NCBI RefSeq assembly: GCF_009914755.1
Contig: NC_060926.1
Length of the DNA stretch: 64,000 bases
Reading direction: 5' to 3' (one strand)
Origin: the human T2T-CHM13v2.0 reference genome, Homo sapiens
The notes under the pieces are model-generated. The model was not told where the DNA came from and ran no database searches. It was given only the letters and a program-made list of their open reading frames with translations. Both the position numbers and the translations under genes were made by a program. This document shows positions 1 to 19,368 of this stretch, piece after piece. Position 1 is the stretch's first letter. Every line of letters starts with the position of its first letter.

Positions 1-720
1 CAGCCTCAGCAACAGATCCCAGGTTTCCTTTCCTAGAGGAAACCATTGTTATCAGTGTCCTGTATTTCCCTTCACAAATATTTCTATGTGGATATAAACA
101 TTGCAACTTTTATTAAAAAAATTTTTTTAATCTCTTTTTTGAGAGACATGCAATTTATTTTTAAGCACAAATGGTACATACTATACATACTGTTATGCTC
201 ATATCCTTTTCTCCCCCCAGAAATATATATCTTGGAAAATTATCCTTCTTAGAACACATAGAGCTAACTTTATCTTTTTAGTGGCTCTATGTTCATTTTT
301 TAAACTGTCTTTTATGGACTAGGAATTAAAACATTATTTTTTCTATCTCACAATAATAAGCAGTACCCCAAGGCCAAGTTTCCTAAGGATTAGAATCAAA
401 GCATGGAAATAAAGAACCTAGCTGTAATTGTAAGATGCATGAAGACAGTGAGGTACCATAATTACCTGAGCCAGTTCTTTGGCAGAGGACATTTAGACTG
501 TTTCTAATCTTTTGCTAGTAGGAACAATGCTACAGTGAATGCCTTGAATGAATGCCATTTTGTTCATGTATGAGAACACCTGCAGGATAAATTCCTGGGA
601 GAAAAATTGCTAAATCCAAGGGTGAGTACATTTTAAATATTGCAAAATTACTCTCCAAAAATGTCTATTTTTCTTAATCATTGCATTTATTATATTACTC
701 TTTTGCTCCCAAATGTTAGT
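1..720 (-). mobile_element. Old L1M(E)-type fragment
   Basis: Degenerate 3' UTR motifs (GGACATTTAGACTGTTTCTAATCTTTTGCTA, GGATAAATTCCTGG). Confidence 0.55.
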
Positions 721-1410
721 GAATCCTTGCACTTATTTAATCCTCTGCTGTCTCCATGCTGTAATTTTTTTTTTTTTTTTTTTTTTTTTTTGAGACAGGG
801 TCTTGCTCTGTCACCCAGGCTAGAGTATAGTGGTGCAATCACGGCTCACTGTTGCCTTGAGGTCCCCAGGCTCAGATGATCCTCCCACCTCAGCCTCCCG
901 AGGAGCTGAGACTACAGGCATGCGCCACCACACTGGCTAATTTTTGTATTTTTTGTAGACATGGGGTTTTGCTATGTTGCCCAGGCGGGTCTTGAACTCC
1001 TGGGCTCCAGTAATCTGCCCACCTTGGCCTCCCAAACTGCTAGGATTATAGGCGTTAGACACTGAGCCTGGCCAAAAGTAGTGTTCTAAATTACCAAGAT
1101 TCTTCTCCGCATTAATAGTCTGAGAACTTTTTATATTGTTTTGAAATATGGAAAGTTTGCAGTTTAGGAGAAAATAAAAAAGTTTGATTAAGCTGAAAAC
1201 ATGTAGTGCTAAAAGAGGTCTTGAAAGCATCGCCTGGGAACTGGTTAGAAATGCTGACTGCAGGCTGGGTGCAGTGGCTCTGGCCTGTGATCCCAGCATT
1301 TTGGGAGACCGACCTGGATGCATGGCTTGAGCCCAGGAGTTTGAGACCAGTCTGGGCAACATAGGGAGACCACCCCCTGCCCATGATCTCTACAAAAAAT
1401 AAAAAAACTA

Positions 1411-1626
<216 letters not shown>

Positions 1627-1633
1627 CTATTGT

Positions 1634-2066
1634 GTTATGAGTTAAATTTTGTTGCCCAAAAATGTGCATGTTGAAGTAAAAAATTTGCATGTTGAAGTCC
1701 TAACCCCTCGAAATATGACCTTATTTGGAAACAAGGTCTTTGCAGGTGATCAAGTAAAGATGAGGTCATTATGGTGGACCCTAATCCAATAGGACTGGTG
1801 TCCTTATGAAAGGGAAAGGTTGGACAGAGAGACACGCATACCATCTGAAGATGAAGGCCGTGGTTCAGGTGATGCTTCTATAAACTAAGAAAAAACCACC
1901 AGAAGCCGGAAAGAGATATGCAGCAGATTTTCCCTCTCTGCCCACAGAAAAATCATTTCTGCCAACACCTTGATCTTGGATCTGTGGCGTCCAAAACTGA
2001 GACAATAAATTTCTAAGCCACACAATTGGTGATACTTGTTATTGGCAGCTCTAGCAAACTAATGCA
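1634..2066 (+). mobile_element. MLT1 (B/C-like) MaLR LTR
   Basis: CCTTATTTGGAAACAAGGTCTTTGCAGGTG, CCCTAATCCAATAGGACTGGTGTCCTTAT, ends GCAAACTAATGCA. Confidence 0.8.
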
Positions 2067-2962
2067 TTAGGTTATCAAGAAGTAACTCAGCAGTTAGGAT
2101 ACTATAGTCTTACATTTTTGACTTGGCAGAGACCAGTATATTTGTGCATTAATACCATTAACTTCATTCTTAATATTAGTTCTTGACAATTTAAGCAACA
2201 CAAAGCTAAACACAACAATAATAGTAGAAAGTCTGCTGAGTGTGGTGGCTGACATCATAATCCCAGTTCTTTGGGAAGCTGAGGTGGGAGGATCTTTCAG
2301 GGCCAGGTGTTCAAGACCAGCCTGGCCAACATAGGCAGACCCCCCAACTCCACAAAAAATAAAAAAAAATTAGCCAGGCATGGTGGTGCATGCCTGTAGT
2401 CCTAGCTACTCAGGAGGCTGAGGTGGGAGGATCACTTGAGCCTGGGAGTTTGAGGTTGCTGTGAGCTATGATTTCACCACTGTACTCCAAACTGAATGAC
2501 AGAGGGAGATTCCATCTTTAAAAAACAAAAACAAAAAAACCTAGAAAGTCAAGGAACAATTCAGCATAGTTAGGAGAGAGGACCTATATTCCATAAATAA
2601 ACTATTCTCCAAAGTTAACATCCTGGACCAGGTATGGTGGTTCATGCCTTTAATCCCAACATTTTGGGAGGTTGAGGCAGGAGGATCCCTTGAGGCCAGG
2701 AGTTTGACACCAGCCTGGGTCAACACAGTGAGACACCAGCTAATAAAAAAATTAGCCAGGTGTGTTGAGGCAGAGGATCCCTTGAACCCAGGAATTTGAG
2801 GCTACAGTGTGCTATGATTGTGGCACTGCACCCCAGCCTAGGCAACAGAGCAATATCCCATCTCAAAAAGAAGAAAAAAGGAAGGCTTATAGATGATAAA
2901 AGTAATTGACAGCCACTTTTTAAAAATTAGCTTTTTGCTTTTATTTATTTATTTTTCTTCCA

Positions 2963-3065
2963 TTTCAGGCTAGCAGTGTGTGACACCATAACAAAGTTTA
3001 AGGGCAGCACGTCTCACACATGCGGGTGAATACTCAGTCATCATGCTTATAAACTACAGAAGGAT
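2963..3065 (-). pseudogene. U13 snoRNA (SNORD13) retrocopy
   Basis: Reverse complement ATCCTTCTGTAGTTTATAAGCATGATGACTGAGTATTCA...GCCTGA aligns to U13 over its full length; A-rich tail. Confidence 0.88.
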
Positions 3066-3131
3066 CTGAATGAGTTTCTAGAATAATTCCTAGTCTAAAG
3101 GTTTGTAGTTCTATTTTCATGACTATTTTAG

Positions 3132-3350
3132 GAGCTAGAAGCATTAAATGTAATTAATGATTGTGAAAAGTTGCAGACACAGGCATAACACAAAGCAAGG
3201 AGGACACAAAACCTCAGAGAGGCAATAACATACTTTTATTTTCACATTCAATCCTATAAATATCATTGCAAAATCTATATATGTGTTTTGGCACATAATA
3301 TATTTACTAGTCATCTTAGCTTTGTGAATTTTCTAATTTGCTCTATTTAA
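3132..3350 (+). pseudogene. Pseudo-exon ELEALNVINDCEKLQTQA*HKARRTQNLREAITYFYFHIQSYKYHCKIYICVLAHNIFTSHLSF...
   Basis: Frame opens exactly at tattttag|; 72 codons with one internal stop (3186). Confidence 0.55.
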
Positions 3351-3464
3351 AAAAGATTACCATATTTTTTCTAGAGATGGGGTCTTGCTGTGTTGCCTAG
3401 GTTGATCTTGAACTCCTAGACTCAAGCAACCCTCCCGTCTCACCTAAATAAGATACCCTGATAG

Positions 3465-3627
3465 GAGCTTCCAGGTTTAACTTTGGTTGAACCATTAACA
3501 CATTTGTCTTTATTTTTTAGTTTTACTCATGTATGGCAAAGTGCTGCATTACAAAGTCATATACCATTTGACTCTGTTTTGCTTCTTAGGATTAATGACC
3601 ACCTTATCTAGATTTTGTGCTTAAAAG
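3465..3627 (+). pseudogene. Pseudo-exon ELPGLTLVEPLTHLSLFFSFTHVWQSAALQSHIPFDSVLLLRINDHLI*ILCLK
   Basis: AG at 3463-64, donor AG|GTAAAT; 54 codons +1 nt with one stop; phase 1 joins 3698 (G|CA, AFATKGYCTGK). Confidence 0.55.
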
Positions 3628-3697
3628 GTAAATACTGCTATTAGTTACTTGGAGACCTCTTCACTTTTCCCCTTTCCTCAATTATATATATATACAG

Positions 3698-3972
3698 CAT
3701 TTGCCACAAAAGGATATTGCACTGGTAAAAGGAACACTCCATTTGGTCAATTAACAGAATGTCTAACATAGACAAATTACTTCCACTTTAACGTGATTAT
3801 TTTCCCCACTTCTAAGACAAATTCTATGTTGTGGGAGAAAAATAATAGGGTTGGTGAAAATAAATAATACTACATATAGTGTTTATAAGAAACTAGATGT
3901 TGTCTAACTTGAACAGCAAAATAATTACCATAAACTAGAACACTTCTAGTTAACAGATGAAAAAACAAGGGG
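3698..3972 (+). pseudogene. Pseudo-exon (frameshifted) ending ...LTDEKTRG
   Basis: Acceptor tacag| after a 70-nt intron; perfect donor GG|GTAAGT; several stops, so weaker. Confidence 0.4.
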
Positions 3973-4143
3973 GTAAGTAGCTTATTTAAAAATCCTTCAA
4001 AAAGTAAGTAGAAGGCTGGAATTCTGACTCTAGAGCTTATGTTCTTAACAACTTGTCTAGGCTCCATAACAAATTGTCTGTGTACTTCATTTGTATAACT
4101 TTCCAGTCACATAAGTTCTCTCTCTCTCTCTTTTTATTTTTAA

Positions 4144-4429
<286 letters not shown>

Positions 4430-4469
4430 TAATATACAGAATATAAATTCTGTATATTAAACAAAACAG

Positions 4470-5500
<1,031 letters not shown>

Positions 5501-5549
5501 CTATACATAACAAATGAGAACCAATATTGTAAAACCTTCTTCTAACTAG

Positions 5550-5597
5550 TATAAAGATGAGCAACATTTGGCTTTGGATTATCCTAAAGAAAAAACA
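5550..5597 (+). pseudogene. 48-nt pseudo-exon
   Basis: ccttcttctaactag| ... ACA|GTAAGC; open in two frames. Confidence 0.4.
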
Positions 5598-5627
5598 GTA
5601 AGCAGAAAATTATACCTTTTAAAACTA

Positions 5628-7272
<1,645 letters not shown>

Positions 7273-7807
7273 GTCGGTTATCTGAAAGGATTCATAATGC
7301 TTCTTATAGATATATCTAAATGTGTTTTTGTACTAAGAAATATTTGAATCCTGAGTAGCTTAGATATTTACATGCTTTATGGAAAAGATGTGAACCAAAT
7401 AATCTAAGTTACTTTCTAGCTCTGTAACTCTGTGACACTTCAACGGCTTTTCAAGCATATTATTAATATTAGTGAATGTTATTAAAAAAGAAATAAACTT
7501 TTTACATTCAAAGTGGATGAGTTCTAAATATATTTTCAAATGTTATTGGGACTAGCATTACTTTAACAAAAACTTGGTTTTTCAATGATTATTATATCAT
7601 TCTCATTTACATTTTTCAAATGGAGATGTCATCAATTATTCCATAAATATTCTAAATAACAATAACAGCTCTAAAAGGGATAAATAGACCTTTAATATCT
7701 ATTGTTAAATAAGGATATAAAATGTCATATAATATCTAACTAGATTCAGAAATTATATGATGAGTTAATGGGCTCCTATTTCCTCTTTCAGACAATATAA
7801 TGACAAC

Positions 7808-9070
<1,263 letters not shown>

Positions 9071-10069
9071 GACAGCATGTGTTTTTATTAAACTGTGGAA
9101 GAGTAGAAGAAGGGAAGTCTCATCCAAACTCTTTACTTTTCGTTAACTATTTAGGTCATTTTAAAATATTTCTTTTTTTTTTTTTGAGACCACATCTCAC
9201 CTTGTCACTCAGGCCAGAGTGCAGTGGTGGGATCACAGATCATTGTAACCTTGACTTCTCAGGCTCCAGGTATCCCCTTGCCTCAGTCTCCTGAGAAGCT
9301 AGGACTACAGGCATGAGTCATCATGCCCAGCTAGTTTTTTTTTTTTTTTTTCTTTTTTTTTAATGGAGACAGGGTTTCACTATGTTGCCCAGGCTGGCCT
9401 CAAACTCCTGGGCTCAAGCAATGCTCCCACCTTGGCCTCCCAAAGTGCTAGGATTATAGGTGTGAGCTTTGTCCACCTTTTAAATATTTCATTTAGAACT
9501 TTTATGTGTCACTCTTTCAGACACTGATGATACATCAGTGAACAAAACAGACAGATATCCCTGCCCTTGTGACACTCACATTCTAATATGGGGTGATTGG
9601 CAATAGACACAATAAATAAGACAAAATATGTAGTATGCTAAATCATGATAAGTGCTGTGGATAAAAAACAAAACAAATAAGAGGTTAGAAAATATTGGTG
9701 AGGAAGAGTGGTGAAGGTTTCAGCAGAGTCAGGTAGCAGCTAACATCCAGGTCCTGTAACCTTAATAGCACTCAAGAATCATTTAAATTTAAATTTAAAT
9801 TTAAAAACCTCACCTTGGCTTTACTCAGGCACTTTTGGTCACTTATTCCTTTGTAATCCTGTGGCACTGAAACATACCTGTCATACTTAACACGCTGCAT
9901 TGCATTTATTTGTTTAACTGTCTGGTTTCCTCATTAAATTAAACTAAACTGAACTACAGCAGTTTAGTTCAGGATTAAGGATTATTTATCTTTGCATTTT
10001 CAGAAGCTAGCACAGTGTCTCTCATATTGTAGGTATTTGTTGAAGAGTGATTTGATCAATTTTATTCAG

Positions 10070-10123
10070 AAGAATCTGTTTGGGACCACTTTCTGCTTTT
10101 TCTTTGATCTCATTCTTTCCAAG
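10070..10123 (+). pseudogene. 54-nt exon-like segment (KNLFGTTFCFFFDLILSK)
   Basis: ttttattcag| ... AAG|GTGAGT, both near-consensus; open in phase 0. Confidence 0.4.
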
Positions 10124-10772
10124 GTGAGTGATCAATAAAAAAGGATCACTGAAATGTTACCAAATTTTATTTGATTAATACCAATCATTAGGTAAACCCT
10201 GAGACTTTGAATATTACAATTAAACATATGTCAGGAGAGGCAAAGTCTTAATAGGCAATGATTTCTTATTTGTATCTTGTGTATTCCAGTTCCTGAACAA
10301 GCTACTAAAAATAAGTCAATTTATTCCTTAATTTACCACATATTTATTGAGCACCTATTATGTTTGGATTTTCCAAACACTGTTAGTTCGTGAGATGCTT
10401 TTGGTGGCATATGGGCATTTTACAATTTTTCTTTATTTTACATATATTCAAATATATGTAATATATTATTACATGGAATATAATTCCATGGGTAATTCAT
10501 GGAAACTTTTTCCTAGGAAAAAGTTATATTTTATCAAAAGTAAGTTGATTTCCTAATCAGGCATATTGGCACATGCCTGTAGTCTCAGCTACTTGGGAGG
10601 CTGAGGTAGGAGGATTGCTTGAGCCCAGGAGTTCCAGGTTGCAGTGAGCTGTGATTGTATCACTACTCTTCAGCCTGGGCAACAGAGACCCTATCTCTAA
10701 AAATAAAAATAAAGAATAACAAGTAAATTGATTTGAGGAAAAATGTTACATTAGGCTGGGTGCCATGGCTCA

Positions 10773-11062
<290 letters not shown>

Positions 11063-11382
11063 TTAGCCGGACGTGGTGGTGGGCACCTGTAATCCCAGCT
11101 ACTTGGCTGAGACAGGAGAATTGCTTGAACCTGGGAGGCGGAGGTTGCAGTGAGCCAAGATCGCGCTACTACACTCCGGCCTGGGCGACAGAAATAGACA
11201 ACATCTCAAAAAAAGAAAAAAGAGAGAGAGAAAAAGAAAAATGTTACATTAATAATAAAAAAAAGGACCAAAAATAGTGAGTGGTATGTATAAATGTTGC
11301 AAGTTTGAGAAATAATATACCATGAATTATGCGATAGCAACCAAGGGACTTCTACCCATTCTCCCTGACCAGCCAAATGGAC

Positions 11383-12203
<821 letters not shown>

Positions 12204-12751
12204 ACTGTGAAGTATGATCACTAATAATGAAGCTTAGTTTTATAAAGAAATGGCATTTATTTTTAGTTTTAAGGAGAAAAGCTTCAACATTCCAGTTCTT
12301 CTTTTGTTGTTGATGTTGTTTCTGGTGGCTTTACATTTATCTGTCTGAATGGCATAAAGCCTCCTTACTGATAGGTCTCATTGGGATCTCTTCCACTTCC
12401 CATATTTTCTCTTCTGGTTTTCTTCTTTTCTTAGCCTCTTTTGTTTTCTTTCATAATCATCATCCTCCTTATCATCAACAAGAACAAGATTGAAGAGACA
12501 GAATGTGGTTGAGTTTGCATTTACAAGTAGAGGAGATTGGTCTTCTACCATCTCCTTAAATTTTCACCTAAGTGTTTTTATAGTGAAGTGATTATCAAAA
12601 CATATAATTTTAGGTACCAATCAAAAACTTGTAAGTGCTCTATGGCTAATCCTGTTTTTCTTAACCAAAACCATTGTCTTATTTAACATGAAAGGTGATG
12701 CTGACTAAAGTTACACAGCATTTTTAAGGTCTAACAAACTTTGAAACTTAG

Positions 12752-12926
12752 CTCTCTAAGTATATTTGGAATACAGAAAATTGTAGAATACACAAATGTC
12801 ACTTGGTCCAAAATGTATTTTTCCCTTTGGGTTTATTCCAAATCCTACTATACCTATCTGAAAAAATTATTTAACTACTTAATGAAATATTTGGCATCCT
12901 AACAATTGCTCAGATTTTATTGCAAG
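12752..12926 (+). pseudogene. Pseudo-exon LSKYIWNTENCRIHKCHLVQNVFFPLGLFQILLYLSEKII*LLNEIFGILTIAQILLQ
   Basis: Frame opens after AG 12750-51 and ends AAG|GTGGTT; 58 codons, one stop. Confidence 0.5.
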
Positions 12927-12954
12927 GTGGTTATCTCTAGTCAGATTCTTTTAA

Positions 12955-13194
<240 letters not shown>

Positions 13195-13829
13195 TAGCCA
13201 GGATGGTCTCAATCTCCTGACCTCATGATCAGCTCGCCTTGACCTCCCAAAGTGCCGGGATTACAGGCATAAGTCACCGCTCATGGCCCATCAGTTGTAT
13301 TTCTACCTATTTTGCATCTCTTAAAATATCAACTAGATAATGTTAAATAAAGTGCCATAATTTCTCCTATTTTAGTTTCAGCTGCATAATTTTACAGTTT
13401 AAAAGGTTGGTCAATAGAAACTAACATGATATAAAAACAAAACTAATTTCATTTCATTTAGCATCTATTGATCATACTTTGAGCTGTTTAAATCTTTTTT
13501 GCTGCAACCTCCTATAAAGTCATTTACACATTGAAAATAGAAATTGATATATAAGAAGGAGATACCTAGAGAACTTCTAAGACATCATTTAGATCTCATT
13601 TTTTTCTCATTACATCTCCTGGAATGTTAGTGAATGAGTTTTATATGCCACAGGATGCTAGAAAGAATTTGAGATACAAGGCTCCTTGCTGCATATTCAC
13701 TATAAAAGCAGTGAAGCCCAAATAATGCTCCAAAAAACAAATGGATGGGACCTGTATTTTTCATGGAATGTTTTTACCTTGTTGAATCTACTCACAGATT
13801 CTTTATTGACAGCCTACAGAATAGAGTTT

Positions 13830-14105
13830 ATTCACAATTAATGTGCATGCAAATCACCAGGAAACTTCTTAAACTGCAGATTCTATATAGTAGGTCTGTG
13901 GTAAGGTCTGAGATTCTACATTTCAAGTAAGTTCCCAGGTGAAGCTTTTATCACTAATACAGGAACCACCCTTTGAGTAGCAAAGATCTAGAATAGGTTG
14001 TTCAATATGGTGTAGTCTGAGGACTACCTACATCTGAATTAGCTGAGGTGCTCATTAGAATGCAGATCCTCTGTCCCCAAACTGTTTTTACAGAGTTGAA
14101 ATCTG
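13830..14105. mobile_element. MER5A/MER5B-like hAT elements
   Basis: AATCACCAGG...TGCAGATTCT...GAGATTCTACATTTC...TTTGAGTAGCAA. Confidence 0.65.
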
Positions 14106-15012
14106 TGTACGTACCCTTTACTCCTAGGAATAAGTTTTTATATAATCATTGCATGTTATTTTTCCATACACTAAATTAAAAACAATGACAACTTTGCATA
14201 AGTAGCCTGCAGTTCTGTACTTTTCCTGGGGGCAGAAAGAGGTTGAGTAGATATTAGAAGAGTAGGATAAAAGGTAATAGTTGTTTGGCTTACTTGAAAA
14301 TTCTGTCTGGTATGTGGATCATGAAAATGTGCGTGTTAACATTTTAGGTGCTCCAGCTCTTTACAGTCTGCTAAAGAGTTGAATGAAAAAAAAAATTCCC
14401 AACTCTTATCCTTCAATCTTTTATCTTAGATTATCCCTAAAGTTCTCTTTTGAAACTACTCATCTTTATAATCTACTAACCCAAAATATGTCTTGCCTTA
14501 GAGTATGATGTAAGATCAACTTGAAGGCAATGAACTTCTTCCTGTTGATGTTTTCCCCTCACTTTTCTTTCTGCTTCTCTTCTGCTTATCCTTCAATACC
14601 CAGCTCTGGTATCCCCTTCTGATTTTCCTTAAGAATGCTAAAAAGTGTTAAAAAGTATTTAAGTCAGGTGCAGGGGCTCATGCCTGTAATCCCAGCACTT
14701 TGGTAGGCTGAAGAGGGAGGAAGGCTTAAGCCCAGGAGTTCAAGACCAGCCTGGGCAACATAGTGAGAACCCATCTCTACAACAGCAATAAAAAATTAGC
14801 TAGGCATGGTGGTGCATATCTGTGGTCCCAGCTACTTGGGAGGCGGAGGTGGGAGGATTGCTTGAGTACAGGAGTTTGAGTTTATAGTTAACTATTATTG
14901 GTCCACTGCACTCTAACCAGGATGACAGAGTGAGAAAAGTATTTAAAATGTTCATCAACTTTGACTTAATTTCACTTAAAGGATATATCCTTAAGAATCA
15001 ATTTGACAAGTT

Positions 15013-15115
15013 GTCTTTTTATAGTTCATAAGTGTGATGATTGGGTTTTTATGCTCTTGTATGTGATGCCCCTCTCCTCAAATCTTGTCATGATGTTGGC
15101 ACATTACCCATCTGA
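15013..15115 (+). pseudogene. U13 snoRNA (SNORD13) retrocopy with TSD
   Basis: GTCTTTTTATAGTTCATAAGTGTGATGATTGGG...GCACATTACCCATCTGA; boxes C and D retained; 18-nt TSD with 2 mismatches at 14993-15010 and 15124-15141. Confidence 0.9.
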
Positions 15116-16078
15116 TGTTAAAAAAGAATCAACTGGACAAGGAAACAAAGATATTCAAAGTAATGTTATCTATAATACAGATTGGAAACTGTCTTTGTAG
15201 GTTGTTGAATAGGCAGTAAGCAGAATAAATCAGCATATACCTTTCCATTAAAATACTATGCAGGCAGGCTGGGCACAGTGGCTCACTCCTGTAATCCCAG
15301 CACTTTTGGAGGCTGAGGTGGGTGGATCATGAGGTCAGGAGATCGAGACCATCATGGCTAACACGGTGAAACCTCATCTCTACTAAAAATACAAAAAATT
15401 AGCGGGGCATGGTGGCGGGCACCTGTAGTCCCAGCTACTTGGGAGGCTGAGGCAGGAGAATCCCACTTGAACTCAGGAGGCAGACCTTGCAGTGAGCAGA
15501 GATTGCGCCACTGCACTCCAGCCTGTGCAACAGAGTGAGACTCAGAAAAAAAAAACAAAAACAAACAAACAAAAAAAAACTATGCAGGCAGTAAAAACAA
15601 AGATATAGATTCACATTTCTTGTCACTGAATGATGTTCTCAATATTTTGTTGAAAGAGGATTTACAGGACATTATATTGATAATAATTCTAATATTAAAA
15701 ATAAATAAATACCATATTTAGTTCACTGATGTGGTCTAAGTGCTTAGAATGGAGAGCTCAATAAATATTTGTTAGGTGAATGAATAAATATTTGTTAGGT
15801 GAATATTGATTGCTTTATATGCCCCAGGGATTGTTCTAAGAACTGTACTTTTATCTTGTAATTTATCTTTACAGTAATCCATGGAGGTAGGTCCCATTAC
15901 CCATATATTATAGATGAGGAGACTGATGCTCAGAGAGATTAGGCAGATTGCCTAAGGTCATAAAGGTAGTAAGTGACAAGATTTGGTTTTGAATGATCTG
16001 ATTCAAAGCCCATGTTTTCACATATTTTTGTTTTCTATTATTTTTATAAGTTGTACATAAAATGTCTATAGCAAGTTA

Positions 16079-16124
16079 TTAGGTTGGTGCAAAAGTAATT
16101 GCAGTTTTTGCCATTAAAAGTAAT
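16079..16124 (+). mobile_element. MADE1 (Hsmar1 MITE) half copy
   Basis: TTAGGTTGGTGCAAAAGTAATTGCAGTTTTTGCCATTA; second TIR missing. Confidence 0.85.
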
Positions 16125-17411
16125 AACACTGGTTAATTGTGACACAAGTAGTCAGATTATAGGGGCTGGGTTTCTTTTTTCCTCTTTTGTATATATATTT
16201 TCATGTTTCCAAAATGAGCATGAGTTCTTTCTGTAATAAAATACCTACATTAAAAAGAGCATTTTTGGTTAGTTTCACCACCACTGACAAAAAGGCATTT
16301 ATGGGATTTTTCTTTTTGGAAAGAATGAATCATTTTCTTGCCATGCTATCTCAAAACACTGTTCCACATCTATTTTCTGCTCTTTTTACTCTCTTATGGT
16401 AATTATTGTTTCAATGCCGTTCTTTCCAACTTGGCTAAGTTACAGAATATATTTTATTTATCTTTGTATTTTTAGGGCTAATACAATGCCTGGAGCATCA
16501 GATATATATCCAAAAAGATTTATTTAATTGAAAAAGAATCTTAAAACAGTAAAATCAGTGTTTGTCATTCCATTTTTCTTTGCCCCATTCCTTGTTGTTG
16601 CAGTAAAATATTTTGTGTTTGTTCCCAGGTTCCTCCAAGGCAGAGCCGATCTCCACTGCCCTTTATCTCCTACCGCTAAGAGCAGTAGCCAGTAAGTGTA
16701 AAAACTCAAAACAAAGCGCTTTCCTATCTCCCCAGTGGAGTAAAAGCAGTGAAGCCCAAATAATGCTTAGTTACCAAAAGCCACGCCAGGTGGCTAATCG
16801 AAAGGGTATTGATTTTAGCCAGTAAATAGCCCTTAATATAGTTGGAACCTGGGTTGAATATGCAGTTTGGTAATTAGCTAATAAAGCAAACAAGGGCTGG
16901 AGAGAACGTGGCGCAGTTGGATAAGCAGCAGCCCATCATCCAGGAAGCTCGCCTATGTCTAATACCTTCTCATATGAAGGACTCAGGTTACCTTCAGGAC
17001 TTTCCAGCCATTAAATAAGGAAAAAAAAAAAAACACTATAAACCTATCATAGAATATGAGATATAACTAAAAGCAGTTGTAAATGTTTTGCAAATATTAC
17101 ATGCAATAGTAATGTTTCCTGAAGACAGATGTTGCAATTTAATAATCTTAAGTGAGGAGGTTTAATAACTATTTTAGATCATCAGGATAATGTTTAGTGT
17201 TCTAGGATAATTATTAAACAATTCTCAGTTTGTTAAATCATCTGATACTCCAGACAAATCCATAGCTTGGTTACTTCTCATATTATCCTGCAACTGCTCA
17301 AGGACACAGTAAAGTGGTAGAGGCCAGTCAGGAAAAGAGAGAAAGGAAGAAGAAAATCAAGGATAAAGGGTCAGAGAGCTAAGGAAACAGATTAAAATGA
17401 AAGGACTTAGA

Positions 17412-18625
17412 TCAGAGATGGTAAATTTGAAGACTAGATGTGAGCTCTAGCATCCAAATGCATTATATCAAACCTGCAGTTTTTTGTTCTTGTTTTATTG
17501 CCTTTTTAAGGTTTGACTGCTAATAATTTCTTAAAGTCAAAAAAGTATCTTACACAAAAATCTCAGATTTCCAGTTTATTTTGAAAATTCAGAATATTTA
17601 GTAACACTGGGCTTAATTCCCCCATGACAACAATGGACAAAAGCTTTGTAGAAGCTACCACTTTTATTTATGCTAAAAATTTTGATTATGAACATCTTAA
17701 AGCTTATTGTAAATTAGAAAGAAAAATATCTATTCATCTACCTCTAAATTCAATAACTTAATACATTGCCATATTTATTAAGAATAGTTTCCTACATAAC
17801 GCCAATATTAACACACTGAAAAAAAACTGTAATTTCCTAATGCCATGTTTCCTCAGTTCATATTCAAATTTCCCCATTCTTCCTAAAATGTCATTTATAT
17901 TCATTTTATTTTTTTTTTTTGTTTTTGTTTTTCTGGAGATAGGCTCTTGCCCGTCACTCAGTCTGGAGTGCAGTGGTGTAATCCTGCCTCACTGTAACCT
18001 CAAACACTCCTGGGCTCAAGTGATCCTCCAGCCTCAGCCTCCTGCAGAGCTGGGATTACAGGTGCATACCACCAGAACTGGCTAATTTTTTTATTTTACT
18101 TTTTGTAGAGACAGAGTTTCACTATGTTGCTCAGGATCTTCTTGCTTTGATCTCCCAAAGTACTGGGGTTACAGGAATGAGCCACCATGCCTGACCTGCA
18201 TTTATCTTCTTTTCAAGCCGTTATTCAATTAAAACACATGCTTTGTATTTGATTATGTCACTTAAGTCAGTTTTACCCCAGATCAGACCCTCTCTCCCTT
18301 TTCTTTTCTTCTGTGACAGTGTTGTTGAAGAGGAATCAGTTGTCTTGTTGACTATAATTTATACCTAATGGGTTAATTAACTCAGGTTAAGTATTTGGGG
18401 CAAAAATCATCTAGAAGTGATGGTGCAGACTTTATATTACATCGCATAAAGAGGTGGGTAATTTCTGGTTTTCCTAGCTGGTCACAAAAAGTTTGATACA
18501 AGGTTAAGGTCGAGAGCCAACCCCTGTGGATGTGGCATGCTTTCTCCAATTTGCCACAGACCCCACCACTCCTTATTTGTTTTACAATAGCCTAATGAAC
18601 TCACTTTACCTTGCCTGGGAGGCAT
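17412..18625. mobile_element. MER102-like hAT element split by old L1 and AluJ (17905-18197)
   Basis: TTTCTCCAATTTGCCACAGACCCCACCACTCC motif; two halves flank L1M-like sequence. Confidence 0.55.
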
Positions 18626-18692
18626 ATGTGAAATCTGACCGAACATATATCACATACTACAGTCCGGGTGTGTGATAAAAGCATATACTCCT

Positions 18693-19368
<676 letters not shown>

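Noticed and set aside
7514-7690. Alternative frame YFQMLLGLALL*QKLGF resembling a haspin-like kinase subdomain
   Set aside because: No HxD or DFG motif, and the phase conflicts with the preceding donor.
12378-12551. 57-aa minus-strand ORF MVEDQSPLL...KRSQ with a good Kozak context
   Set aside because: Low-complexity purine-rich composition, no recognisable parent gene, polyA or TSD; may instead be the antisense of a + strand pseudo-exon.
15760-15804. 23-bp tandem duplication; similar small ones near 1666, 25368, 33482 and 35868
   Set aside because: Ordinary slippage events, mostly inside old repeats.
16079-16124. Possible miR-548-type hairpin
   Set aside because: Only one MADE1 arm is present, so no hairpin can form.
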